Program-made: the position numbers and the translations under genes
Shown: piece by piece, positions 27,960 to 42,285 of the stretch
Layout: every line of letters begins with the position of its first letter
Numbering within the stretch: position 1 is the first letter of the stretch
Origin: the human T2T-CHM13v2.0 reference genome, Homo sapiens
Length of the DNA: 64,000 nt
Reading direction: 5' to 3' (one strand)
Assembly (NCBI RefSeq): GCF_009914755.1
Contig: NC_060930.1
Notes under the pieces: model-generated
Seen by the model: only the letters and a program-made list of their open reading frames with translations
The model's database searches: none
Told to the model about the DNA's origin: nothing

Positions 27960-28830
27960 GTAGGGGTTCTCTATCTTGGCATGACTTTTTTTTTTCAGAG
28001 ACAGGGTCCCCCTCTGTCACTCAGGCTGGAATGCAGGAGTGTGATGGACCATAGTTCACTGCAGCCTAGACCTGAGCTCAAGCAATCCTCCCACTTCAGC
28101 CTCCCGAGTAGCTAGGACTACAGGCATATATCCCACCAACCATGATTAACATTTTGTGGTGGGAGGTTGTCCTGTGCATTTAGGATGTCTAGTGGCAACC
28201 CTGGCCCCTACCTCCTAGACACCAGTAACATCACCTCCACACAGTTGTGACAACCTCAAATGTGTCTGTGATGGTTAACACTGAGTGCAACTTGATTGAA
28301 GAATGCAGTATTGATCCTGGGTGTGTCTGTGAGGGGGTTGCCAAAGGAGATCAACGTTTGAGTCAGTGGGCTGGGGAAGGCAGGCCCACCCTTAAGCAGG
28401 TGGGCACCATCTAATCAGCCACCAGTGAATATAAAGCAGGCAGAAAAATGTGAAATGATGAGATGGGTCCAGCCTCCCAGCCTACATCTTTCTCCCGTGC
28501 TGGATGCTTCCTGCCCTCGAACATCAGACTCCAAGTTTTGGGACTCGGACTGGCTTTCGTTGCTCCTCAGCTTGCAGACAGCCTATTCTGGGACCTTGTG
28601 ATTGTGTAAATTAATACTTAATAAAATCAGCTTTATATCTATGTATCTATATATCTATATATATATATAAAGGCATATATATATCTTTATATATAAAGGC
28701 ATATATATATATAAATATATATATATATATGGGACTAAAGGGATATATTTATATAAAGGGACTAATACAGTATCTAAAAATTGCTAAACATCCCCTTAGG
28801 AGGAAACTCAGTCCTAATTGAGAATCACTT
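27960..28830 (-). mobile_element. MER20 DNA transposon split by an Alu arm (about 27986-28141) and an MLT2A1 LTR
   Basis: gtcctgtgcatttaggatgtctag...gttgtgacaacc..aaatgtgtc resumes after the LTR as attgctaaacatcccc...ttgagaatcact. Confidence 0.8.
28267..28769 (+). mobile_element. MLT2A1 (HERV-L) solo LTR
   Basis: TGTGATGGTTAA start; attgatcctgggtgtgtctgtgaggg...gccaaaggaga; ends GACTAATACA; TSD GTGTC/GTATC. Confidence 0.88.
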
Positions 28831-28971
28831 GGATAAAGCATTGAGGTGTGTGTATATATATATACACACACACACCCATATATATACATATTTAAACTCA
28901 CCTATATATACACATCTATGTATATACTTAATACTATATATATATAATTCCTTTCATCAATATAGGCCTGA

Positions 28972-29292
<321 letters not shown>

Positions 29293-29340
29293 TTATATTA
29301 GCACTCGAAATATTAGTTCCCATTAAAGAGAAACCAGACT

Positions 29341-29999
<659 letters not shown>

Positions 30000-31087
30000 T
30001 CCAGAGCTTGTTGGGAAAATGCTGGGCTTCAGGTATGGAGCAGGAAATATACAAGATGTTCCTGGAATATCTTGGTCTACCAGATAGCAAGAAAGAAATT
30101 AAAGACCACTAGCCATGTTAAAAAGACTCAGGATCTAACCTAAGAAGGCTCAAACTAGTCAGAGGTGGAGCAACTTGATATTCAATAAATATAAGATTTA
30201 TAACATATTGAAACTAAATATGTTTAAATTCATGGGTTCATAATAATATTTTTTCAAGCAGTTGATTATCTTCAGAAGACAACAGAGAACTAAGTCATTA
30301 CCTTGAAAACTTATAAAGAAATGAATCAAGGATTTATCCAGCTTTTCCTCCACTAACCAAACAGATGGGCAAAAGTGTCTCTTTTAAAAACGTTTCAAAC
30401 TAATAAATAAAAAGAAATGACAGATTAGAATATAACCATGTTGCAGACCCCAGTGATCTAATGGATATAGGTGTTGAGAATCAATGGCTGTTAATAGTAC
30501 AAAAAGATAAACAACCAGACATAATATGCATCCTGATGAAAGAACACACCACCACCTATGGTCTTGCCAAAGAAATCACACCCAAGTCTGACCAAGTGTT
30601 TTAGGCCCAGCTGGCAATTTGCAGGAAATAAGGAGGACAGAGTAACATGCTAAACTGCACCAGGAATATGCAATTAGCAAAATTCACATTGTGAGAAAAC
30701 TCTATAATAAAGGGGCCCCAGTTCTTCCACAGTGAAATTGTTAAGGATAGAAAGGCGTGGAAAAGATGAAAGCGATGAATAGTCTGAAGATGAAAAGAGA
30801 CCTAAACGATATATTGATTTTTTTTTTTTAGTGGGCAAGACTAAGCTATAGTATCTAGGGATACATACATGAGTGACAAAACCTTACAGAAACGTCAAGA
30901 TGGATGCTTAGAAATATGTGGGACAAAAACAAAGAATGTCAGGTTAGTGGCTACTTGTGGAAGAAAAATCTTCTGGGGTGGCAGGCATAGTTCTATTTCT
31001 TGGCCTGAGTGATGTTTACCAGGATGTCTAATTTGTAATAATCACTGTTATACGCTTATTCTCTGCGATTTTCTGTATCTGTTTTTA

Positions 31088-31252
31088 TTTTATTTTATTT
31101 TTGTAGAGACAAGGTCTTGCTCTGTCACCCAGGCCAGAAGGCAGTGGCATGACCATAGGTCACTGCACCCTCTAACTCCTGGGCTCAAGGGATCCTCCAG
31201 CCTCAGGCTCCCCAGTAACTGGGACTACAGGTTTGTGTCACTATGCCCAGCC
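31088..31252 (-). mobile_element. FRAM / Alu right monomer
   Basis: Single right arm in antisense, flanked by a CTGTTTTTATTT repeat. Confidence 0.8.
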
Positions 31253-32306
31253 TGTTTTTATTTGATAATGTAAATATTAAAACAGAGAGAGGTGGGAGAA
31301 GTTGTTATCAAAAAGAATGTTTCTATATCTACTCAACTAGTGACTGAGTGGTCATTTTTTTTCATGGTTTTGATCAGTTTTGGTTTTGGTGATTTGGGTC
31401 AGTTTTGGTGGAGCAATATAGCTGTAAAACAGACATAAGTAGGGTGAAGTGTGAATGGGAAAGGAGAAAGAGGAAAGCACAAGTATAGATAACTCTTTCA
31501 AGAAATAGAGCTGTGAAGGAAACTGAGAGATATGGCAATACATAGAGAGTTACGTCTAGAAAGGAGAGAGAAGTGTTTAAATGCTGCGGGAAGCAGCCAG
31601 CAGAGAGAGGTAAAAGGATATAGGGGAGAGACTCAATGGCCAAAACTTAAGAAATTTGACAACTAAAATTAATTATCATAGAACTAGATAATCCATTTTT
31701 TAAAAAAGTAAAACCCATGAGTCTATGGTAATGTCATTCATTCATTCACTCAATAGAGGAGGAGAAGGGAAAGCTCTTCCTTCTAGTAAAATGTCAACTA
31801 ATAAATGTGGAAGGAATGGTAGAGTTGGAAGGTAGTGAGTGAAAGATTAATGAAGAACAGAATATTAATATAGTCTCAAATTATCCCCCAACAATACCTT
31901 ATTAATTACAATGGGAAAAATAATAACTTTACAGTATAGTAATATGGCAGACATCACTTTAACCAAGTGAATATTACCAATATTGGACTGGAGCAAACCA
32001 GTATCAAGTATCTTCTGTAAAATATACTGAAAGAGATGCAAAATTATACTGGTGATATCCCTGCCAAAAATGAAAAACTTAAATTCAGATCATGAAGAAG
32101 CCACAGACAAACCCAAATTAAAGGACATTCTAAAAATTAATTGGTATTTACTCTATAAAATTGTTAAAGTCAAGAAACACAAAAGAAAAGGTGAAGAACC
32201 ATTGAGGAACTATTTCAGATTAAGGAAACTAAAGCTATATGACAATTAAATGCAAGAGTCCTCCCAGACTGGATCCTACAGCAAGAAAAGGAAATAACTA
32301 TAAAGG

Positions 32307-32907
32307 TGTGGTAATTCCTCAAAGAGCTAAAAGCAGAACTACCATTCAACCCAGCAATCCCATTACTGGGTATATACCCAAAGGAATATAAATCATTTCA
32401 TCATAAAGACACATGCATATGTATATGCATTGCAGCACTATTCACAATAGCAAAGACATGGAATCAACTTAAATGTTCATCAATGGCAAATTTGATAAAG
32501 AAAATGTGGTACATATACACCATGGAATACTATGCAGCCATAAAAAAGAATGAGATCATGTCCTTTGCAGGGACATGAATGGAGCTGGAGGCCATCATCC
32601 TTAGCAAACTAACATAGAAAGATAAAACCAAATACCTAATGTTCTCACTTATAAATGTGAACTAAATGATGATAACTCATAGACACAAAGTGAGACACAA
32701 AGTGAGACATAAACAAGCACTCTGGCCTACTTGAGGCTGGAGGGTAGGAGGAGAGAGAGGAGCAGAAAAAAGTAACTATTGGGTATTCAGCTTAGTGCCT
32801 GAGTGATAAAATAATCTGTACAACAAATCCCTGTGGCATGACTTTACCTATATAACAAACCTTCACATGATCCCTAAACCTATAATAAATGTTTTCTTTA
32901 ATAAATA
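32307..32907 (+). mobile_element. 5'-truncated L1PA (about PA15/16) 3' end
   Basis: cccagcaatcccattactgggtatatacccaaagg...ttcacaatagcaaagacatgg; 15-bp TSD AAATAACTATAAAGG at 32292-32306 and 32908-32922. Confidence 0.92.
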
Positions 32908-35900
32908 AAATAACTATAAAGGACAGTAATAGGAAAACTGATGGAATTTAAATATGAACGCTGGATTAAGTAATAGCGTTATGTCAATGTTAAACTTTGT
33001 GATTTTGATCATTGCCCTATGGTTATGGAGGAGAATTTCATTGTTCTTAGAAAAGAAACCTGAAGTATTTAGGAGTTAAGAGCTAAACTGTCTCTGCCAA
33101 TGGATCTGAAATAATTCCTCATGGAGAGAGAGGGGGTGCTAAAGTAGATGAGGCAAAATGAAAATAATTGGTGAATTTGGGTAAATGGGATTTTCTTGTA
33201 CTATGGCTGCACCAGCTTTATAGGTTTGAAATAACATCAAAATAGAAAGTTAAGGGAGAGAAGAGGAATGACTGATGGATTGCGGTCAGTGAGGAGATGA
33301 AAGATAATAGGATTTAGAGTTCATGTGGAAGGAAAAACCTGAGATTGGAGGAGAATTCCTTTCACCACTGTAAAAGGAGGAAAAGGGGGTAGATGGGTTT
33401 TGATGTCCGTTTTCTGTATTGGTTGAGTTGGGGGAAGAAAGACTTGGTTTTATCATTTTATCAGCAAGGAAATTAATCTCTATATTGGTCACTTCCACTT
33501 CTGAAAATCAACGAAAAAAGGAGTAAGCACAAGCTTGGAGCATATGGAACACTGAGTCTTAGGATATGCAAAGGAGAGGTTTAAGCGGACTGTGTGAGCC
33601 CATAAGCCTCCTCCTTTGTATGTGGGAGAGAGACTGGGAGGAGGAGAGCATCAATCATGCAGGAGGGTCCCCCCACTCACTGTTATTGGGGAGAGAGTGG
33701 TTCAGAACATAGTAAGGCACTTAACATCCATTAATGCCCAAGTGAGTATGCCCAGTTTTGGTACTGCTTCTGAGTTTCCCTTGTCAGTTTGCATAGAATG
33801 AGCTTTTGGGCTCTTTTGAAACTAAGGCATAAAACGTGTTTCACCTGCAAATTGTTTGTAAAACTGTTTGCTTAGTCATGGCTCAAATTTAAAACCTGTT
33901 TGTGGAAAGATGAAATCTTACAACAAATGGTGAAATATTCAGGTTATAAACCTGGTCTCTGTAAGTACAGAACAGCATTGCTTTCATGGTTTTCTATCAC
34001 AATGCCCCAAAGAGACCAATAATCAAGATAGATGCAATGCTCTTTCACTGAAAAGTGGGCTTTTCTTCCTTCTGATCTCTCAAAATTTTCACCGTTACCT
34101 CTTTACAGCTTGTTATAGCAATGATTCAATCAATGGCAAGATGCACTATAAAGGCTTAAAAATGAGTAAAAATATGACCACCAGAGACATCTTCATCCTT
34201 ACAATGGTAAGACTGTTCAAATACAAAGTTTAAATATACTGTTCTCTACACATGGGAAAAGATAATGCTATCAGGTTTTTTTTTTTTTTTAAATGAGAGT
34301 GTCTACCCATTTAAATGAAGTAAAAACCTGTTCCTTTAATTTTAGAAGTTAGAAAATTTATTAACTGGATATTTCTAGATCCTGTTCCTCTCAAAAAATT
34401 TTACTGAAACAGATGGGTAGATTCACCCCAGATTCCATAAGAGAAAGAGGTTTGTACAAGTTCTTCCCAGGCTAGGGTCTAGACTAACATTTTCAAAATT
34501 GCATATTTGGTGGGTCTTTCTGAGGGGAAACAAAATAATCACCATATTGTTCAAAGAATTACTATGACATATGTCTTTGAAATAACCCTTTTGGGAGAAA
34601 TAAATGTGTGGAGAAGAATTGCATATATGTCCTCTCTCAGTCATGAACTGAACAATCAGAAAATATAGAGAATCCATCAACTTGTGAAGCACAGTTTTGT
34701 AAGGTTACTCATGGAATTAACAAGCAAAAACCTCTCAGCAGCTTATGTCAATTTTTCAAACAAAAAAAAATCATTTATTCACAAGTTACCCCAAATACTT
34801 GTTTTTACTGTTTACCTGACATCTAAAGTAAAATACAGAATAAAATAAATTTCTCACCAATAGTTCATTAGTTTCCTCCTGATGTCTCTTGGCACTATTT
34901 AAAGATTTTGAATAACTTGATTTTATGGCTTAAAATATCTTAAGATGTACTGGACCAGAATGGCTAGCTCTCTCATTACCTTGCCCTTCAAGGAGAGTTT
35001 TTTTTAAGCTCAGGATGAAGAGATGAACAGGAGAGGGGGCTTAGTGAGCCTCAGAAAGGGGCAGGCTACATCCACCCCTTGGAAGTTCAAGTTTATTATG
35101 TGATGCTACACCTGTGAATACGTTTCTTAACTTTCTATTAAAAGTTAAAAGCATCCAACTTAAAAAATATTGTTTTACAGTAAACTATATATAAATAACT
35201 TATAACTCTGTCATTGTGGCATGGCTGTTTTCCTTTATGTATATATTCTTCTTCATGAAAATATATTTTTCATATAGTTATAATAACATCACAAGCATCA
35301 TATTTTTCAATTTTTTTTTCCTGCTTGTATCAGTCATATTCGGATAGAGGAATCTAGGAATCCTGGCTTGGGAGGCAGTCCATGAGTCCTTCTTACTTTC
35401 AGTCCTCTGATGAGATTACTCAGAAAGTTGGACAAGTGACATTGACTACTAGAAGGACTGCTGGCCCCAAATAGCTGGACCTTGGGCTCCCCAAAGATGG
35501 CGCAGGCAGCAGGCTAAGGAGGGAAAGTTATGTATGCATTCTTGTATACAATGCTGGTGGAGAGATGGGGAAGGACTCACAAAGCACAGGAAAATCTGCA
35601 CCAAGATCTGGGACAAACGAATTTATATTGGATATAGGGCTAAAGGCAAATGGGTTTATGCATGACTGTCAAAACTATTAAGACAGTCACTGGAAAAAGA
35701 GAAAGAGAGGCATAGAGTAGAGATTTCCATTTGTTAAAGTCACTTCTATTAGCCACTTACATTTTTCATACAGTTATAACATTATATGCACTGATCTAAA
35801 AAATTTCATATATTATAACTTCATATAGTTATAATAACATTATATGCAATGATGAAAAAATATTCAATTTTTTTTCTGCTTGGATAAGTCACATTAGGAC

Positions 35901-36289
35901 AGATGAATCTAGGAATCCTGGCTTAGGTGGCAGTCCTTGAGTCCCACTTCTGTTAGTCACTTAATAGCCACTTACTAACTGGCTACTAGTCATTTGTATT
36001 TCTGCTTGTTTCATGCCCTTTGCCAATTCTTCTATTGAGTTACAATTGTTCTTATATAGAAGGGATGTTAATCCTTAGTGTCCCACTGTAAGATGTTTCC
36101 TGTTTATAGAAGTTTTTGTTTTTTATATAGCCCTAAATATTCTAGCATTGTCATTAGTTATTATTTCTGTTGTTTTGACGTATCAAAAGTTTTCATCACC
36201 TACAGATTTATTAAATCGTCTCATAAAATTTTCTGTTGTTTTTGGTGGTTTCACTTTTTTACATTCATTTTTCTTTTTTCAATTTTTAA

Positions 36290-36346
36290 TTTTTTTTATT
36301 ATACTTTAAGTTCTGGGATACATGTGCAGAATGTGCAAGTTTGTTA
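36290..36346 (-). mobile_element. Very short L1PA 3' terminus
   Basis: ttttttattatactttaagttctgggatacatgtgcagaatgtgcaagtttgtta; a (GATA)n tract follows at about 36373-36410. Confidence 0.8.
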
Positions 36347-39300
36347 AGTCTATGCAGAGTTTTTCATTTTATATAGATAGATAGGTAGATAGACAGATAG
36401 ATAGATAGATGTAGAGAAAGGGTACATCAGCCTTTTATTATAAATAATAAAGTAATAAAGACCATTAGCATATTTTTGCTACTGCTGAAAAGGTTCCTTC
36501 TGATGAATTCTTAGTATCACTAGTCAAAGATGTCTTTGGCTCTTAACTCTATTTTCTAGAAGAATTATATTAACTGAAATGTAACTTGTAATGAATGTTG
36601 TTGGCAGGTAGTTCTGTAAGGTTTTGTTTTTATACCTTTTCACTCCCTATTCTGAGATCCACTATGAGAGATGGATATGATTTTATTCATGGGAACCAAG
36701 ACTGTTTTGATAGGTCATGATGTCACATGAAATACTTCTATATGCCAGGTTCCTAATGGGAGCCACGCAAAACTAACAGAAAGCATGAACTCCTCTCTCT
36801 GGGAGCTCTACAAATGCTACATGTATAAATTTTTTTATCAGAACGATGGTAAATTAAATAAAAGGTTAACTAGTATAATGACTTTAATAATACGGAACAT
36901 ACTGATAAAAACTAGAAAAGCAGAATGCTATGTTCACTGAGCTATATACATAGATGTACATACATAAAAGGTAGTAAGGTAATGAGGGATACCAGGTTGG
37001 ACAACTCTAGATGTTGAATTCTATGTAAACGGTGAATTCATTGAATTCTATGTAAATGGTGCATCCTGGTGTTTTACACAACTGTAGATCTGCAGGTAAT
37101 ATACACATCACTGGAATTCAAACATTGCTTTTGGGTGATAGAACTGTGTCTTTTTTTTTTTTTACTTTTTCTATACAATCTTCTGTATTTTAACTACATC
37201 TGAAAATAAAGTTCTGGTGCTTTAAAAACATATTTGAAAGCCACCAACCTAATTATATGGCCTCTTGTCATCTCAGATAATGTGTGAACAGAGAATTTGA
37301 ATTGGAAAATAAATCTAAGCTACCTATTGAGTTTGATAATTAAATCTGGAATTTAAACTAGTGAATAGATAACCAAATTTAGCCATTGGATTATGAATTG
37401 TTCAATTTAATTATTCACCTAATATTTATTGAATGCCTGTATATCAGGAACTGTACCGGGGGACAAAAGCAAAAACATTCACAAATAAGTATAATATAAT
37501 ATCACAGAAGAAGATGTAATACAATGCATAATCAGAACACAATTGATTTTAGAATTGGTGCCCAATTCTAAAAGAAAGTGCCCGATAAATATGTATGAGT
37601 GAATGATGGATGATGAATAAATGAATATTATACCAATTTAGATGTCAAAGCAAAAGTGACATTTGGAGTTCACACACAGTTCATTTTATCCACAGGGCAT
37701 GGGCTAGATGGAAGGTGGAGGAGAGGAGGTTTACTCAAATCCTGATATTGAGCACAAATTACACATGACAGATACAAAACAATGTGTCAGACATATTGTA
37801 GATTTATGACAATTATAACTGGACCATTTTAAAAGCCAGCCATATATTTAGACAGTTCTTAGTAGGAGCCATTCAACTAAATGTCAAATACCTAGCAAGT
37901 ACTGTGATGCTTTACTCATTCATTCTATAGATAGCACTTACTATGAACAGCCTAAAAGTCAACCAGCAAATACTATGACACTTTATTCATTTTATCTATA
38001 GACAGTATTATGTTTGAGGCCCTGTGTTAGAAACTGGGGATAAGGAAAAGAAGCTCATAGCCTAGGAGGAAATACTTGTTATCATCATTGTGATTACAAT
38101 GGAAGCGTGGACCTGGCATTATGGGAGTGTCAGGGAAAGAAATATAACAAGGCTATGAAGTCAGTCTTTAGGAGTTGGTGTGAGAATATTGAAGGATAAA
38201 AGAGACTTATACAGGGAAAGAAGAACTTACTAGGCAGAAAGAAGACTATGCACAAGGATGAGGAGGTGACAGAAAGCAAAATATCATTAGAGGCCAGCAA
38301 GTGTGGTCTGACTAGAAGAGGTGATGCTTGTGGAAATAGGATGATGGAGGGCAATTGCTGAATGGGAAAAATCTGGGGCCTCTGAATGTCATGCTAGGGA
38401 ATCTGAACTGCATCACAGAGAAATAAGAAATCACCAAAGACCACTGTTGCTAGGCAGAGCAAACATCTGCCTGTTTTGAAGGTTTTAGGCTGATTTTTAA
38501 ATTTAGGATTGTTTGAGATAGAAGATTCTAAAAGGAAATGCATTTTAAATGACCTAAGTTTTTACATTGACAAGCTGTGTGTAAAAGACAGTCAGCTTGA
38601 CCCAAGGAAAATGACTTGCAGAATTTTAGTGTGCAAAATATTTATCTTAACCACTTACTGAAAAGCTTCTTCTCTTCCTTGAAATTGTTGGCATAGTTAT
38701 CCCTTTCCAGATTACTAAACAATTAATCTTTTTTCTGTTGATGTATTAACTGCCATTTTTCTCTAATAGTCCCATTTAGGATCAAATCCAAGTCATCTGT
38801 CCCTCTCCGGGTACCAGGAGATAAGTTCCCAGGTCAGGTGGTGCACAGAGGCCCTTGTAGTTTGAAACAATGCCAGTAAGCAGTGTAAAAACTGACACCT
38901 CGCCCCATTAAGACACCTAAGCCATAGAAAGAGACTGATTCATTTCAATTACGTATGAATCTCTCTCCTTCTCCATGGTGGTAGCACCAGCAATGTCTGA
39001 AGTTTGGTTTTGTCTTTGGTTTGTAATTCCAGATTACAGCTTCCTTAGCATCCAAAAGATTATACTAGTTTCTACACAGAAAATTGTTAGTAATAACAGT
39101 TTCTACCCTAACAATTTTTGTAAAACTTCTCTTCTGGGCATTCTGTGTATTCACTAATTGGCAATTCTTTAGATCCCCCCAAAAATCATTCTACCTAATT
39201 TAATTTCATATACTTGGCATTTTTTAAATGTGTCAAATAATCATGGTGTTTCCCAATTTTTCAGATGAAAATGTTTCTTTACAGAGATGGGAAAAACCAT

Positions 39301-40029
39301 TCCAGATCTGAAAAAGAGCATAAGCAAGACTCTCAGGAATGAGAGTGTACAGAAAATTCCAGAAGGCCACTGTGGCCACAACGACTGGTACATCTGAGAG
39401 GTAAGCCTCCAGCAGGAGGTGGTCTCATACATCACAGAAAGACAGGACTGAGGGGCACTTCCTGGAAGCAGATGGGTGTGAATGAAGGACTTCAGGGTAA
39501 GCCAATGACATGCTCAATTTGAATTTTAAGGATTCATTCCTGTATTATTGAAGAGAATGGATTGAAGAGAGCATTCCTTGGATTCTGGAGACCACGAGAA
39601 GCCTATTCAAATACCCAGAACAAAAAACGATGAGGCAGTGGGAACCGAAGGTACAGAAGATACTTACGAGGAGGAAAAAGTGACTAGACTTGATTATTGG
39701 CTGGATCTTGCAAAATAGAGAAAATTCAGGAATTTAGGATGACCCCAAGCTTCCTTCATTGTATCCTCTGGGTAATAAAGCAGATTCTACAAAAAAAGAA
39801 TACAGGAGAAAGAAGTTTTGAAATCTATAGTGATAACAGCTAAATTTATTGCATCCTTCTTGATCATTCACTGTGCTGAACGCTTTGTATTATCTTATGT
39901 CCAAATCGAGTTCGATTTGGGGCATGATGAGTTTTGAGAGGTCCACAACTATCCAGGTCAACATCCTCACCATCGGCACGTAGGATATATGAGCCTGCAG
40001 CTTAGAAGAGCTGGTTGGTTTGGAATCAG

Positions 40030-40280
40030 ACTTTTAGAGTCCTGACGATAAGAATAGCTAACATGTATTGAATGCTTACCACATGCCTGGCACTGTTCTA
40101 AGCACTTATGTAATTTACACGTTTAATTCTCACAACACCCATAGGAGGTAGGAATGAATTCATTATGCATCATGAATTCTTTTTCATGAAATAGGAAAAA
40201 GAGGTTCAATAATGAATGTTAACTGGCTTGCTAAGGTCACAGAGCTAGTATACAGCTGAGCCAGAATCTGAATCAGGGAT
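40030..40280 (-). mobile_element. MIR
   Basis: aatagctaacatgtattgaatgcttac...tttaattctcacaacaccc...cttgctaaggtcacagagctagt. Confidence 0.8.
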
Positions 40281-40952
40281 CATATTCTTAATTCCTCAAC
40301 CTTGAGGTTGAAGACTCAAAGAAAGTAGCCAAAGTAAGAACCCTGGACCACACCAGGGCTCCTTTAACAGTAGATTCACTCTATGGCATTTTCAATTGTG
40401 TACTGATATTCTACAACCCAGGGAGCAAATGTCATGTCCTGTAGGGAATTTAGTTTTAAAAACTGGGTTTGAAATTTTCCTTTGTGTGATTTTAGACAAG
40501 TAAATTTATCTTTGTGAGCTTCCATTTTTCCTCTTCATCTGTCAAAGTTGCATAATATCACCCAAAAGAACTTTTCAAGAATGAAATAAAATGAATTTAT
40601 TTGAAAGTGCAGCACATGGTGAGCACTCTCTAAAAGTCTATCATAAATTCAACTCTCCTCAGTCTCCAATAGCTTATTCACTTCTGAAAGTAACCACCAT
40701 CACAGAATACAGAGAACAGAAAGTGGGGGAAAGATGGGATTGCAAACTGCTCTCCTTCTACGTCTTTTTTTTTTTTTCATTTTCAAAATTAACACGTTCA
40801 GGTAAGAAGGTAAGGCAAGAATATTTTTATCCACCCTAATTCAAGAATTGGAGTGAGTAGGTGATTATGTCTCTATCTTAGAGAAAGGAGAATTATGAAG
40901 TGTTACAACTTCTCAGGCCAGTACTGACTCTGTGTACTATAGCTACATAATA

Positions 40953-41279
40953 TAGTCATCCCTCAGTATCCACCAGGATTGGTTCCAGGACCCCTGCAGG
41001 TACCAAAATCCAGGATGCTCAACCCCTTAATATAAAATAGTATGGCATCCGTATATAACCTACATACATCCTCCCTTATATTTTGAATCATCTTTAGATT
41101 ACTTATAATACCTAATACAATATAAATGCTGTGGAAGTAGCTATTATACTGTATTGATATTTTATTTGTATTATTTTTTATTGTTGTATTATTACTTTTT
41201 GGTTTTCTTTTCAAATATTTTTGATCTGCAGTTGGTTGAATCTACTGATTCAGAACCCCTGGATATGGAGAACCAAGTG
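40953..41279 (+). mobile_element. MER2 (Tigger-family MITE)
   Basis: agtcatccctcagtatcc...ggttccaggacccc...gattacttataatacctaatacaat...ggatatggag; flanked by TA. Confidence 0.88.
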
Positions 41280-41796
41280 TAATTTCTTTAAAATGTTGTA
41301 TATTAAAACATCTACAGCTATTTTGCATTCTCATATCATCAACAGTATTATTGCTGTCATTTAATTTTTAAAACCTTGAACTTTATGACTTTACAGTTTT
41401 TCTGTATTTAAGTGTAGCTTTATTGTATCTTGAAAATAGAATATTTTCCCTAAATACACAACTCTCTAATTGTTTTTATTGAACAAAGGCTTAAGTCTCT
41501 CAAGTACAGAGAGAATGTCTTGCAATTATTTAATACCATCCTTAGGTACCCAGGACAGTTTGGAAAACTTAACAGTAGTTATTGAATACAAAAATACATT
41601 CTATACACATTTCATAAAGAATCATTCTGCTAGAAGGTCACTTTCGGGATCACTGCTGTACTTAAATTGTAGCATGATTTGGGCATTTGGGAAAACTTGC
41701 CAGTAAATAAGCTTTGAGAAATTTGGCAGAACTATTTTTAAATAGTTTAAAATTTTAAACTATTTTTAAATGCATGGCTTCAGTCTTTCTCCATTC

Positions 41797-42239
41797 TTTT
41801 TTTTTATTATATTTTAAGTTTTAGGGTACATGTGCACAATGTGCAGGTTAGTTACATATGTATACATGTGCCATGCTGGTGTGCTGCACCCATTAACTCA
41901 TCATTTAGCATTAGGTATATCTCCTAATGCTATCCCTCCCGCCTCCCCCCACCCCACAACAGTCCCCAGAGTGTGATGTTCCCCTTCCTGTGTCCATGTG
42001 TTCTCATTGTTCAATTCCCATCTATGAGTGAGAACATGTGGTGTTTGGTTTTTCATCCTTGCGATAGTTTACTGAGAATGATGATTTCCAATTTCATCCA
42101 TGTCCCTACAAAGGACATGAACTCATCATTTTTTATGGCTGCATAGTATTCCATGGTGTATATGTGCCACATTTTCTTAATCCAGTCTATCATTGTTGGA
42201 CATTTGGGTTGGTTCCAAGTCTTTGCTATTGTGAATAGT
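41797..42239 (-). mobile_element. 5'-truncated young L1PA (about PA2-4) 3' end
   Basis: 3' UTR plus ORF2 C-terminus LFTIAKTWNQPKCPTMIDWIKKMWHIYTMEYYAAIKNDEFMSFVGTWMKLE. Confidence 0.93.
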
Positions 42240-42285
42240 TCTTGAAGTTGGTTATAATCCACTTGATTAAACTATAATACGTAGT

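Larger units (their letters stand above)
30000..33250 (+). mobile_element. Old L1 (L1MC/ME-like) 3' region with nested insertions
   Basis: gatatccctgccaaaaatg...atcatgaagaagccacagacaaacccaaattaaaggacattct and atgtcaatgttaaa...tgattttgatcattg. Approximate. Confidence 0.6.

Noticed and set aside
42053-42262. ORF matching the L1 ORF2p C-terminus
   Set aside because: Part of a 5'-truncated L1 with no promoter; the ORF start lies in flanking DNA.
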